64,000 nt of DNA, taken from contig NC_043023.1 of assembly GCF_006345805.1 (NCBI RefSeq), positions 20,150,001 to 20,214,000 of the forward strand, given 5' to 3'. The position numbers and the translations under genes were made by a program. Every line of letters begins with the position of its first letter. The first letter of the stretch is position 1. Of this stretch, positions 1 to 13,489 are shown in pieces. The notes under the pieces are model-generated. The model was not told the origin of the DNA. It did not search any database and saw only the letters and a program-made list of their open reading frames with translations. The DNA comes from Octopus sinensis. Its lineage: Eukaryota.

Positions 1-1284
1 CTTTTACTTCATAATAAGGAATTGATATGACAGAAATGTTTGAAGATCCAGAAGTGTTAAGAGCAATTCTTGTGGTGGCGTAAAGCACTTGTGGCAGTGC
101 CATGTAAAAATGCCCCTGCGGCAACATATAGGAGTGCCTGTGTGGTGCCGCGTAAAAGCATCCAGCTGATGATGATGATGCTCCTATGGCAGTGTGAGCA
201 ATGTGGCCCATAAAGATTCTACAGTTTGATACTTTGACATGCCTAGTGTTTAGCTGCTATTTTATTGACCTTGAAAGGAAGGTTGAGTAGGATTTGAACT
301 CCTGCTTGTAGAAATTTCTTTTGACCCATCCTCTACAGAAATGTTAAGGCCGGTCCTGCTGGTGCAAAGGATTCCACTGCTAGAGTCCTCCTGTTGGTGT
401 CAAGTAAAGGCAGCCAACACACCTCTGTAAAGTGGCTAGTGTTAGGAGGAGCCTCCATCTGCAGACACCAAGCCAAATCAGACTGGGACAATGGTACACC
501 TCTCCAACCCATGCCAGCAGGCAAAACAGACATTAAAGCAATGGTGATGCTTGGGATTATAAATCTCGATAACATTTCGTTTGGGTTGCATGAAATATGT
601 TGAGGGTGGAGGCTCTTCATGAAATCACCCTTGCTGTTTTTCAAGTACCCCCACTGACAACCATGTGTACTGGGCAATGGAAGTAAAGGACAACCATTTT
701 TACTCAGGCAGTGTTAACAAGGGGATACAAAACGTTTCAATTAAGCTGGTAGTTTTTATTAAACCCTTTTCTTAATCGTATTTCCGTTCTGGTTAACTTG
801 GCCTTTTGTTCTTCTAAAATACCAGTCAAATATTGGATTCAGCCAAAAGGCTTTCATTACCATATTTCTGTTAAAATGCACGGCCTCTGTTTCAATTAAT
901 TTGGAAAATTAACCCTTTAGCATTCAAACTGGCCATATCTGGCCAAAATATTTAACCTGTTTTATATTGAAACTGACCAGAGTTCGCCTCTCACCTCAGC
1001 CCTACCATGTCGTTCTAAAACTAAAAAAATCACATCACTGAAATCTCTAAACTACAAGATAATGCATGATTAATTCAAACCATTTTAAATAAACAAACAT
1101 CACATTTGATAGAATAATCTGAACACTAAAAGGTTAATGAATTCAGTAAAAACTTATTATTAAGCTAGTGTTTAGAACATAAATTGAAACATTTTGATGG
1201 AAGATTTTAACTGATTACACACACACACACGCGTCAACTCAAAGTCTATATAAACAGTACCCAGGGAAGCTATATCTGCCACCC

Positions 1285-1660
1285 ATGTTGTGTTCAGAAA
1301 GACTCAAGAGATTAAGACTCTATTCCTTAGAGCATAGGCGAGAAAGATATGCCATAATATACATCTGGAAGATCCTAGAAGGACTTGTCCTAAACTTTGG
1401 CATCGAGAGTTACACAAATGCTAGAACTGGGCGCCACTGCATGGTGCCAAGGACTCCAAATTTGCCATCAAGATGTAGGACAAGATACTGTGATAGCCTG
1501 GGTTTCCGAGGCCCACAGCTCTTCAATATCCTCCCGAAGAACCTGAGAGACCTGCAAGGGGTGGATTAAAATAAAACTGGATCTCTTCTTGTCAGGTGTC
1601 CCAGATGAACCAACTTCACGGCAGGAGGTGCAGATGAGGGCGGCTGCATCGAACTCTCTC
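1285..1660 (+). mobile_element. CR1/L2-type LINE ORF2 3' fragment
   Basis: ERLKRLRLYSLEHRRERYAIIYIWKILEG...GPQLFNILP matches the post-RT C-terminal pattern of CR1/L2 elements. Confidence 0.8.
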
Positions 1661-2632
1661 ATGCACTAAATGGCAATTCCTAAAAAGCATTCGTGAAGTT
1701 AAATCATGTAGCAACACTGAATGGTGGTGCCCCAGTATGGCCACAGCTCGTGAACTGAAACTAGATGAAAATAATAAGTGAAAATATTACAAAATTTAAC
1801 CCCTTCTGTTAGCATATTTCTGTTAAAATACACCTGAGTTACTTTCAATTACTTTTGAAAATAACGTGGTGTTTGGAAAATTAGAAAGACATTTTACTGG
1901 ATGGTTTTAAATGAGATCATTTTAAAACGAAGTTTGTATTATAGAATTAGAGGATTTGTCTGTCTCTGGTGCATTGGTATCAAAACCACTCCAAGACTAT
2001 ACAAACAGTACCCGTGGAAACGATATCTGCTACCCAATATGGCCCCTATACTTACTACATACAGAATTTAACACCTTTTCTGCTGAAAAACACTGAATTT
2101 ATATTAATTATGAAATTAACGAAGGATTTAGTAAAATGACTGGCATTAATTAAGCTGATGTTTTGAACAATAGAATGCTTTAGGTCCCTTTTAAAATAAG
2201 AAGCTTGTATCATAAAACAAGGGTTGATTTCAGGTGTGTAGGGATCAAAAGGATTAAATTAGGAACCTGTATTTTCATTAGTGTTGAATGCTAAATTGAT
2301 TTGTGTTGTAGTCCCTTTTGTTTTAATATAAAGAGGGAAGGAGAGGTTCAAGCAAAGGTGTGTGTGTGTAGGGGCAGGCTGTGTGTGTATATACAGAAAA
2401 CAATGATGTTGCTTTTCATATATTTCCCTCAATTCTCCCCAGTCAGTATATATGTATACCATAACACTTTTTTTTTTTTCCTTACAATATATATTTATTG
2501 GTGATGGAGAAAATAATAATAAACATTAAAATATGATTTAAAAAAGAAAAGAAAAAATTAACTTTTGTGTCTTTGAATTTGCCCTCACCTGTCTTTGTCA
2601 TAATTATTTTCTCCTTCACCATTTAAGATTGT

Positions 2633-2635
<3 letters not shown>

Positions 2636-2688
<53 letters not shown>

Positions 2689-2711
2689 TATATATATATA
2701 TATACATATAT

Positions 2712-2760
<49 letters not shown>

Positions 2761-2772
2761 ACATACATACAT

Positions 2773-2815
<43 letters not shown>

Positions 2816-2830
2816 CATACACAATCATAT
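2636..2830. repeat. (TA)n/(TACA)n microsatellite (representative)
   Basis: Similar long arrays at 20330-20690, 26840-27340, 42260-42630, 43200-43850 (TATC), 46230-46570 (CATA), 52830-53295, 55135-55405 and 34835-34992 (AAT). Confidence 0.95.
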
Positions 2831-3444
2831 ATATATGTACACATGCGCACACATCATAAATGGTTGTTAAATGATTGTAGTTAATATACTTGTTTTATGT
2901 ACATATATGTCTGGGCGTGTGTGTATGTGTATATATATATTATATATATATATATATATATACACACGTATATATGTATTTATTATTGTCCTTGTATATG
3001 TTGTCCACCTGTTGCTTTCATAGATTTAAATCATTGTTACTAAGTTTTCAAACCAGTTCATATCTTCAATCTCTTTTCTCTGTTTTTTTTTTTCTTTCTC
3101 TCCTCTAAATTATCTTTATCTGCATATATTTCTTTCATCGTTATCATTGTCATAATTATTGTTGATAATAATCGTCTTTTTTTTTTTTTTCACCAGTTCA
3201 TGTATCTTTTTGCCTGTTTAAATTTATTTAAAAAAAAAAAAAAGCACTTTTTCAATATTGTTTATATATGTATATATGTATGTGTATATTTGTATATATT
3301 TATACATATATATTTATATATATATATATATATATTTGTCGTTATTATTAATATTATTAATTTCTATACATATATATATACATATATATACATATATATA
3401 TAGTTTTCTTGTAACTAAATGAATCTCGTGTCCGTGCTTTGCAG

Positions 3445-4792
3445 ACCATTCCTGCTACGTAGAGACGTGGGACTAATTTGAGAGCTTCATTGCACCACGG
3501 CTTAAGATCTCTTCAGCCTACCTTTGAGCTTCTACTAAGTGTTGATCATCGTTGATTTGAGTGAGTTCAACCGCACTCCCAGTGAAGCTTCTAGCCAGTC
3601 GGCCCGCTGGCCTCCATAGATTTCAGCTCCTCGAAACATCTAATATATAAGATATATATATATCTATATATATATATATATATGCATATATATATATACA
3701 TATATATTATGTGTGAATGTATATGTATATTTATATATTTTCTTTTAAGAATTCTTCCAAAAAAAAAAACAAAAAACAAAGCTACACAAACCTAACGCAG
3801 ACCGTCCCAGCTGCCTGCCTGCCTACCAGACAAGTTAATGCTGCTCCTTTCTTCTACTCGGGCCTTTTGGTTGATCGAAATCTTCAGAGAGAGAGAGAGA
3901 GAGATCTTCATAGTCCAGCCTCTTCTCGAGCTACTGTCTTCCGTCTCGACTCGACTCGACTCGAAATTGATTAGAGATCAACTACGTTTGTTTTTTTTTT
4001 TTTTTGTTTTTTTTTTTTTTTCCTTCCTCTCTCCCCCCCTCCCATCTTAGGTGTCTGGTGGCCGTTCACAGAGCGACTCGACACGCATCGACGACAAGAA
4101 GACACGTCATGATTTGATTTCATTTATCGATATATAATCTGCCAGATTTTGTGGTTTTTTCCCCCCTCCCCCTAAACAAAAGAGAGAAACTTATATATAT
4201 ATTAAAAAAAAAAAAATTAAAAAACAAAGCAGTGACCATCACTACAGAGGCAGCAAGAGCAGACATCATACCTACTTATCTAGACATCGTTTTGAGAATG
4301 ATCCGGCGAGAGAGAGAGAGAGAGAGACACACACATACACGCATATATTCTGCAGCATATTGAGTTCTTCAAACAACCAGTTATTCGCATTGATATGCTT
4401 AAACGAAATCATAAAATATATTCATTAATTTGTGTATATAAAAAGAAAAAAAAAACTGACAAACAATACAGATAAAAAGAATGCTTTTCATTCACTGAAG
4501 AATATAATTAATAAAAAGAAAGAAAACGGCTATGGGCTGGCTCTACACCCCTGTACCAGCCAGCTACTGATTTCTTTTTGTTTTGTTAAATATATTTTTT
4601 GGTTTATCAGTCGTCAATTCAGTCAGAAATTTAGGATTTTCCTTCGACTCCAGCTCAATTCGAACCCTCCTCCAGAAGAACTAGATACATATATGTGCGT
4701 GTACGTGTGTTCTCACATCATCGTTGAAAGATCGACCACCTTGTCTTGCATCTTTTAGAAACAAAACAAACAAAAAAACATTGCAAACGTGC
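3445..4792 (+). other. Candidate poison (PTC) cassette exon of the SR gene, with alternative acceptors at 3445 and 4051
   Basis: Acceptors tgctttgcag|3445 and a long pyrimidine tract ending tcttag|4051. Donor |gtaagt at 4793. In the phase-2 frame of the RS exon both acceptors reach TGA quickly (3479-3481 and 4115-4117). The unique sequence is rich in GAC/GAT/TCGAC words. Confidence 0.5.
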
Positions 4793-5879
4793 GTAAGTTT
4801 ATCACACTTTAGCACATGCCTGTATGTTATTTCTGCACTTCTTCTGCCCCATTCCCCTGGGCCCTTTTTATTTTAACTTCCCAAGTGGCTCCTCCATCCA
4901 ACCATTTTTCCTCGTCCTCATAATTTAGGCACCCATCTCTCTGTTAGCCCCCTTTCTCCCTCGAGTGGCCACAACTGGGGATTACATTTTTATGACGCTG
5001 CACTAGGAATCCCTGACCCTTTATTGACTAATTTCGGTAGGTCCTTGATTTCACATTGGGTTCTTCCATAACTTAAACACGTTAGCCGCCATGGCCTGTT
5101 ACTGGAACTGACTGATGGGGCCTTGTATTCTTTTGTTTCAGTCAATTGACTGTGGCCATGCTGGAGCACCACCTTTAGTCAAACAAATCGACCCCAGGAC
5201 TTATTCTTTGTAAGCCTTACTACTTATTCTATGTCTCTTTTGCTGAACCGCTAAGTTACACAGACATAAGCACCAACATTGGTTGTCAAATGTTGGTGGG
5301 GGAACATACACACACACACACGATGGGCTTCTTTCAGTTTCCGTCTACCAAACCCACTCAAGATTTTGGTCGGCCTGAGGCTACAGTAGAAGATACTTGC
5401 CCAAGGTGCCACGCAGTGGGACTGAACCCAGAACCATGTGGTTGGTAAATCCCTATCATATCTGCATAGTGTTTAATTACAAGGAAATGTATTGTTTTTT
5501 GCATTTTTACAATATTTCATAACTTTATCTTGTTTCAGTTATTAAACTGTGGCCATGCTGGGGCACCACGGTGAAGAATTTTTCTTGGTTTCAGTCAAAT
5601 GAATTGGCCCCAGTGCCTGTCTTTCTGTAAAGCCTGATACTTATTCTATCGGTTTCTTTTGCCAAACTGCTAAGTCGTGTGGATGTGAAGTGGCAGTGGA
5701 AGACAAATACACAGCCACCATCACACACGATGGGCTTCTTTCAGTTTCCTTCTACCAAATTCATTCACAAGGCTTTGGTCAGCCCAAGGCTATAGTAGAA
5801 GACAGTTGCTCAAAGTGCCATGCAGTGGGACTGAACCTGGAACCACACCTTTGCTTCATAATTAGACTTTAATATTTAT

Positions 5880-6410
5880 CTCTCATATTATGAAAATGTA
5901 CCACATGTGCTTGCGATGAGCCACCGGAGGTATTTGTGGTGGTTAACGTGTTTATGTAGTGGATAGCTGTGGGAAGTCTCCAAAATAAAACATCTGATAT
6001 GGTCCAATAACTGTAGTCAACAAAGGCTGCCTTGCTTTGAAGAGATGGGTTTGATATGTCCGTAAAACTCCTTTTGGTCTTGTTTGATCCCTCATGAGAA
6101 GGCCTCAAGACGACTTTGTTTTTAGTCCCGGTTTCAGCTCCTTGAAGAAAAATGCTTTCTGTGTACACCTTGATGAAGGACTTGTGATTTTCCAGTCAAA
6201 CTCTCACTGAGGATTAAGGGTTATAGATGTCTAAATACTCTGTCCAGATATCTTGTTATAGCTACACAGTGGTCTGTATTTCCTGGTTAGAAGAGCCTCC
6301 CCCTTGTAGCATAGTGTCATGTTTTAAGCTAAGGGTACATGTCAGTGGAATACACCCTTGTTTATCTTGAGGTGTATTGTTGAAACTGACTGAAGACCCA
6401 TCTTGTAGAT
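5880..6410 (-). pseudogene. Heavily degraded R4/Dong-like (RLE) LINE fragment
   Basis: Across shifting frames the minus strand gives GLK..GLLMRDQ, RTYQTHLFK and DHI...Y..HKH...KYLRWLI...G, resembling the zinc-knuckle region of RLE LINEs. Many stops; alignment is from memory only. Confidence 0.35.
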
Positions 6411-7177
6411 GGGTGTTTGTATCTTTTATGGCCATGCTGGGGCACCTCCTTGAAGAAATTTTAGTTGAATGAATCGACACCAGTTCTTCTATTAGACTGG
6501 TACTTATTCTGTCATTCTGCTTTGCTGAACTGCTAAGTTACAAGGCTGTAGACACCATCATCACTGGTGCAAGTTCAGGCAGTCACATATACTTTATACA
6601 CACACACATACGACGGGCTTCTTTCAGTTTCCATCTACCAGATCCACTCACGAGGCTTTGGTCAGCCCAAGGTTATAATACAAGACACTTGCACAAAGTG
6701 CCATGCAGTGGGACTGAACCCAGAATCATGTGGTTGCAAAGCAAACATCTTACCCCACAGCCATGCCTGTTCTTTGTGTGTGTTTATATATTATACATAT
6801 GTATTCCTTATATGGTGTGTGTGTGTTTGTATATACACACACAAATCCATATAAATATATATATACGCTTGTCTGAGGGATTTAGAGTGTGAAGCTAATC
6901 CCTCTTGAAATCTAATATTTTGGTGTTGAAACTTAAAAGTTAAGTTTTTAGGGAGTTTAAAAAAAAAAAAAATCCCCCTACCCCCTTCACGAGTAATTTA
7001 GGGTATGCAGACCTCTTTCTTTTGTTGCCTTTCTCCCAGCCTGGGTCCTTATTCAATGGCCACTGCCCATTTCCAGTCATTGTTTTAGGTGCCATGCCCA
7101 GTGTTTAGGGGGTCAGCTTGTGTCCTGCAGGTGTCGTTGGGTAAGCATTGATTAGTGTCTGTTTGCTGTCCCTTCAG

Positions 7178-7279
7178 ATCCCGCTCTCGTTCGCGGTCCG
7201 GAAGGAGTTACTCCCGCAGCTGGAGTCGCAGTCGGAGTCATAGCCGCTCCCCCCGGAGGGCCAGCAGAAGCCACAGCAG
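7178..7279 (+). CDS. Internal RS-domain exon of an SR splicing factor (SRSF3/SRSF7-like by inference)
   Basis: Flanked by ccttcag| and |gtaaga; 102 nt, phase 2-2. Encodes (R)SRSRSRSGRSYSRSWSRSRSHSRSPRRASRSHS(R). RRM/zinc-knuckle exons and the later RS exons were not found in the window. Confidence 0.8.
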
Positions 7280-7628
7280 GTAAGATCAAACAATTGATGA
7301 CAACATTTTCCTTCTTCTTCTTCTTCTTCTTCTGGTCGGTATGTTGTTTCCTATTTGCCTCAAGAATTCAAAGAAAATGGCTTCGATTTCCTTCTTGAAG
7401 CTTTTGTGACTTTATTCTTTACTCTTTTACTTGTTTCAGTCATTTGACTGCGGCCATGCTGGAGCACAGCCTTTTTAATCGAGCAACTCGACCCCCCAGG
7501 ACTTATTCTTTTTGTAAGCCCAGTACTTATTCTATCGGTCTCTTTTGCCGAACCGCTAAGTAACGGGGACATAAACACACCAGCATCGGTTGTCAAGTGA
7601 TGTTGGGGGGACAAACACACACACACAA

Positions 7629-7700
<72 letters not shown>

Positions 7701-8149
7701 GACGGGCTTCTTTCAGCTTCCGTCTACCAAATCCACTCACAAGGCTTTGGTTGGCCCAAGGCTATAGTAGAAAAACACTTACCCAAGGTGCCACGCAGTG
7801 GGACTGAACCTGGAACCATGTGGTTGGTAAACAAGCTACTTACCACACAGCCACTCCGACTTGGACGTAAATGTTATGGAACTCACTTATTTCCCATCAC
7901 ATTTTCTTGCCAGACTCTGCTGAATCACTGATGCAGAAGTATCTTTGTAGCAAATATTCTGCTCAATACCACAGATCTCCTTGCCAGTTGCTTGACCATA
8001 ACTACTTGGGGATGTCCCTTAGTGGCTGGCAATATGTATCCCTCTGATCACAAGCAGGAGTAGTGGGGGAGCATCATAGCCATGTGTTGAGAGGGATTCT
8101 TTGGGGTTTGAATAAATATTGTCACAAAAGCAAAGTTTGAAGGAAATAG

Positions 8150-9000
8150 CCATCCCATAAATAATGCGTTTCTTTTATATTTTTATTTTTCAGAATTAAA
8201 ATAAAGTTCTTTTTTAGTCTGAAATATATTCTCCTTCATTTTCTACAATGCTCTTCCATCTATGTGGTAGACTTGCAAGGCCCCTCTTCCAAAATTCCTT
8301 TGTCTCTGATGAAAAATACTTCTCCAGTATTGTTTTGCCCTCATCTACAGAATTCACTTTTTTTCCATCTGAATGATTTTGAAGAATAAATGATAATCAG
8401 ATGGGGCAATGTCTGGCGAATTTGATGTATGGGACATCGTCTCCCATTCAAACTGCTCCAACCTTTGGAATGTGATCCTTGCTGTATGTGGTTGAGCATT
8501 ATCCTGATAGAAGAAGACCTTTCGTTTTGAGACCAGAAATAGTGGGTTTTTTCCCTCTAAGGCTGATTTAAGCTGCTCAAGCTGTTCGCAGTAGATCTTT
8601 GTTTGGTTTGGATTTAAATGTTCAAAGTGGACTAAACCTTTCATGTCTCAACCCCTTATGTGGGCAAAGACTTTCCTTAACCCATGGCTGCTGGTGTTCC
8701 TCCTTTCCCTACCCCACTCTTCTTTGGTCCACAGACATTTTTGTAGAGAACCCCCCCTACCTTTCTCGTCACCAGTCACATTGACAGCAAAGAAGAGCAC
8801 ACATTCAATCTCTCTGCGCATGATTAGACTCGGAAAGTTTGTGACGAAGCCATTGACCCAGTTTGCTGACTCTTCCTATGGCACTCAGGTGTTGCTGAAT
8901 GGTTGAATGACTAAATCAAAGTTTCTCTGTCCCTTATAAAAGCTGCCGTTTCTTTTGTTGTGTGAAACAAGTCCTTTATTCCACTCTACAAACACATTTT
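8150..9000 (-). mobile_element. Mariner (DD34D) transposase remnant
   Basis: FYQDNAQPHTAR...SPDIAPSDYHLF in ORF 8354-8644; a VTGDEK-like segment (gtgactggtgacgagaaa) lies upstream in a broken frame. Confidence 0.85.
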
Positions 9001-10853
9001 TTTTTCTTGTATATTTTCAGGAATTAAAACTTTATTAGAAGTCAGTCTTAAATGTAAGTACTCTCACCTTCAACTTCTTCTGGTTTTATTCTTTCTTGTA
9101 AAGTTTTGCTCTGTTTCTACCCAAATCATACCCTAGTTTCATAAACTGCTCTAAGGTTTGTTTTCTTCTATATATCAACATCATCTTTTAGTGTGCAATT
9201 TCCTCACTGACGTGGGGTTAGGGTACCACAGTTTAAGAGGAGCTGCTAAGGCCAGGAGTCACACCAGTTTCTATGGCTGCATATGCCACCTAATGCCAAC
9301 TACATTACAGTGTGTACTGGATGCGTCTTTTTGTGAGCCCTCAACATATTAATCCAATTATGCCCGAAATGAAATAAAAATTTGAATTTTCTTGTTACAT
9401 TCACAATCATCATCATCATCGTTTAATGTCCGTTCTCCATGCTAGCATGGGTTGGATGGTTCGACCGGGGATCTGGAAAGCCAGAAGGCTGCACCAGGCT
9501 CCAGTCTGATCTGGCAGTGTTTCTACAGCTGGATGCCCTTCCTAACGCCAACCACTCCGTGAGTGTAGTGAGTGCTTTTTACGTACCACCTGCACAGATG
9601 CCAGGCGAGGCTGGCAACGGCCACGGTCGGATTGGTGCATTTTACGTGCCACCGGCACGGAAGCCAGTCGAGGCGGCACTGGCATCGGCCACGAGTCGGA
9701 TAGTGCTTTTTACGTACCACCAGTCCAGGGGTCCTGGCTGGTTCAATTCGATTTCAATTTCACTTGCCCCAACATGTCTTCGCAAGCAAAGGGGGTTGGC
9801 ATGGGTGCCTGTCGTCGGATGAGGTTCTATATCGACTTCGCTTGCCTCAACAGGTCTTTGTGTCCATGTATAAATAAATGGAAAAAAATGGCTTTGATGC
9901 CAAATATTGCTGGATAAATTATTCTTCTTTATCTTCAGAAAGGTTTTTGATGCCTAAATTTATGAAACCATATGAATATTTTCATCGTTTATGTGATTTA
10001 GTAAGTTTCTTATCTGAATCTATTGCATAAATTTGGTCTCCAAGCAAAACCAATTATAGGTAAATGCTACAAAATTTAGTTATGCTCTTAGTTAATTAAG
10101 AGATGTATTTCTAATCAAAATAAACCTCTTGTGCGTTTCAATTGAATTCCAGCATAATCATAAATTTACACTCTTTATTCATTGATCCATTGTGATTTTT
10201 GGAACCCTTAAATCTGTTGCATGATTTTTGTCTCAAAGCAAATCTAATTACAGGTAAATTCAATAAAATAATATAAAACTAGTGGGACCCATGAATACTT
10301 CATGGAATTAATGGTAAACCTTTTGGGTTATTTCTGCAAACTTCTAAAAACCCGAAAGCGTGGCTTGTGTTATGCCTGTATCAAAAGATAGTCCGTCATC
10401 TGCTAATCATTGAAAAGCGAAGGAAACTGGAATATGATGATTACTTAATGCTGCTTGACTGGCATGTAAAAAGCAGCCGCTATACTTGCAGAGTGGTTGG
10501 TGTTATAGAGGGCATCCAGCTGTAGAAACCACGCCAAATCAAATTGGAGCCTGGTGCAGCCTCTTGGCTTGCCAGCCCTCAGTCAAACCGTCCAACCCAT
10601 GCCAGCATGGAAAGCGGAATTTGATGATGATGATGCTTTATTCACAATTTTATAGACTTAATACACAGCACTCTTCCCCTCATCTTTCCCTTCAGCCAAT
10701 CATATGAAGGCATTACAGACAGGCTAAATAACTAAGGATTAAAACTTAGTTAAAAAGACTTGTACATTTCTACTTCAGCTAATCACATGAAAGCATTAAG
10801 AATGGGCTCAGTAACAGAGGAACAAGCAGAATTGTTATAAGATTGAATCTTGT

Positions 10854-11606
10854 TTAACCCTTTCGTTACCAAACCCGGCTGAACCTGGCCCAGGCTCCAA
10901 TTACAAATGTTCTGAATTAAAATCTTTCACCAGACCTTAGTCACTTTATGTTCCTAACACTGGCCTTTAAATATGGTTTCTGATTATAAATATCTTGGGT
11001 CATACATATCATCATCTGGAAAAGACTTTCTAACTAGAAAGGGTATGGCCTGGTCAGCCTGTAATAACATGCATAAGATCTGGTCATCAAATCTAAGTAG
11101 AGACTTCAAACTTGAAATATTCAAAGCCACAGTCGAACCAATTCTACTATATGGCTCAGAAACCTGGACGTTATCAAAGAAGCTTGAGAGGCGATTGGAT
11201 GGAACCTACACTCGCCTCCTTATGAGAGCTCAAAATCTCTCGTGGAAGTGCCATCCAACCAAAATGCAAATATATGGGAAATTACCACCTGTGTCATCTC
11301 TTGTGAAAGGTAGGAGAGTCCAGTTTGCTGGACATTGTTGTAGAGCTGAAAACGAAGCAATTTCTATTCTTCTCCTCTGGAAGCCATCTACTCGCAATAC
11401 CAGAGGGCGCACACTCTCCTACCCTGATGTAATCTCCAGGGATACAGGCATCCAGCAACAGGACCTCCGTAATGCTATGATGGACCGTGAAGTCTGGCGT
11501 AACATAGTAAATTCCATTGTCTCGACCACGGTCGAACATTGATGATGATAACGATGTTATTTCACACAGAGCTTCTCAAAATAAATACAGTAGCGAAAGG
11601 GTTGAA
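10854..11606. mobile_element. piggyBac-type TTAA MITE (interrupted by RTE); relatives at 909-1137 and 51762-51992
   Basis: Ends TTAA-CCCTTT(CGTTAC)...(GTAACG)AAAGGG-TTAA; the internal sequence matches the reverse complement of 51762-51992. Confidence 0.7.
10975..11556 (+). mobile_element. 5'-truncated RTE-clade LINE nested in a TTAA MITE
   Basis: YKYLGS, ILLYGSETWTL, RRVQFAGHC, AMMDREVWR; the ORF is open to its stop and is followed by a (TGA)n tail. Confidence 0.85.
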
Positions 11607-13008
11607 CATCACCACTGAAAATGATATTCAGTTGGGTACACAATAAAATTTTAATATAGAATTACACGTATCAGTTTGTAATTCTGGATCATTTTCTTGT
11701 ATCCATAAAGTGGTTGGTTTCAGGAAGGGCATCCAGCCATAGAAACTGTTCCAAAACAGACGTGGTGTGGCTTCTGGCCTTGCCAGTTCCTTTCAGCCTG
11801 TCCAACCGATGCCGGCAGACAAAATGGATGGTAAATGAGGATAAAATTTGATTGATTGATTGATTCTAGTTTCAGCTCATGAGCTGTGGCCATGCTGGGG
11901 CACTGCCATTTTTTCTGTTAATTTTTTTTTGTCTTTCGTGATTTGTGGTTTTTATGTCTAATCTTTTTTTTTTTTTTGTCTTTGCAGCTTTTCCACATAG
12001 ATGTTGGTATATATATAACATTATACATTACATAAATGTGTGTGTGTGTGTGTGTGTACAACATTATATATATATATATATATATATAATGTCCATATAC
12101 CCACGCATATACACAGAGAAGAAAGAAGGGGAGTTAGCTGCCTGCTTATATTTGTACTGATGATAATGAAAATTACAATAATTATTATTTTCTCCCTTCC
12201 AACATTCTTGCCTCCTGTTTTCATTTCTTCCTTATTTCTCTTCCTCCTCCTCCGACCACAACCTCTGACCTCTTGCTGCTTCACCTTACCATATATAGAC
12301 ACACTCGTGCACATACACGCAATCTGCCAAATTCCTGTTGTGTTGGGGGCAGTGCTGCTATGGTCCCTTTCTTTCCCTATTGGCTTGGTGTAATATATTT
12401 TCTTTCAGTTAGGTTTAGTAAAGTTGTCCTGGAAGAATATGGGGCTGGAGAGGGGCATCTTCAAAATTGTGTGTGTGTGTGTATCTCTATAAAAATATAT
12501 ACAAGCTGGGCCAAAGGTCATGCACCAAGATTAAAACTCTAATACATATTGCACATTTCAAAAACAACCCTTTATATTTAATACCAAAGCAAAACAAATT
12601 AGCAAATTTTATTATTCGTTGCATTGTCGTATGAGGAATATTCCTGTGGCAATATGTGCCCTAATTTCTTTGGACATTTTTTTTTTTTTTTTTGAAGCCT
12701 GTTTCTAACAGATACATCTCGTTTGGTGGCGCAGGTGGGAGTCACTTTGGTATGTGTCGTGCACACTGTGTTGCCTTTCTCACGATGCTTTTGGCCGGAG
12801 GTGTCCACCACTGTTCTGTTTGTTGCACCACCACAACCAGACACTCGGAATTGTCAAGGACACGTTTCAGTTTTTCTAAAATAGAACAAAATGGAAATAA
12901 TGGGGGTTACACGCGTATTTGTACTTGAGGAACAAAACAGTCTCTGCACACTTAGAGTGCTCTACTGGCTTCAACATGGCAAGAGACTGACTCAACCAAA
13001 ATACATAC

Positions 13009-13040
<32 letters not shown>

Positions 13041-13078
13041 TATATATATATATTATACAAACACACACATATATATTA

Positions 13079-13489
13079 CTAGCAGCATAGCCTGGCTTTG
13101 CCCGGGTATGTAAGAGCCCCTAGTAGGCAACGACTAATCCCAATCTAGTCCTTTCCCTCTAGGGAACGAAGGCGCATGTGTAGGTTGCAATGTCTTCTCT
13201 TCACTCGAATACTTCTGTGTATACGATGTACCTAGCTGTCGAGTTGTGTCCCCTAGACAGGAAATGTATTGCATATAAAAAGCTTAGATTCTCGACCCCA
13301 TGTTGAATTTATCAATTTTTTTCAGAACTGGGGGAACTTTTCAAAATTTTCGCTGCGTTAGTTTTGAATTATGACATTGGGCTATGTGTGTGTCAAGTTT
13401 CATCAGAATCGGTTGAAAGCCGTGGTCAGGGTGAGGATACAACCTGACAGACACACAGACAGACAAACTGCCGTTTATATATAGAGAGA
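13079..13489 (-). mobile_element. Non-autonomous Helitron
   Basis: Minus strand: A|TC...hairpin CCCGGGcaaagCCAGG...CTAG|T. Confidence 0.8.

Noticed and set aside
6390-6414. CTGAAGA followed by a 7-bp hairpin CCCATCT/AGATGGG
   Set aside because: No GAAA or stem III follows, a SINE begins immediately after, and the surrounding region reads better as a minus-strand LINE remnant.
11988-12000. Strong acceptor tttgtctttgcag as the terminal exon of the SR gene
   Set aside because: It would add only SFST* in phase 2; cannot be supported without transcripts.
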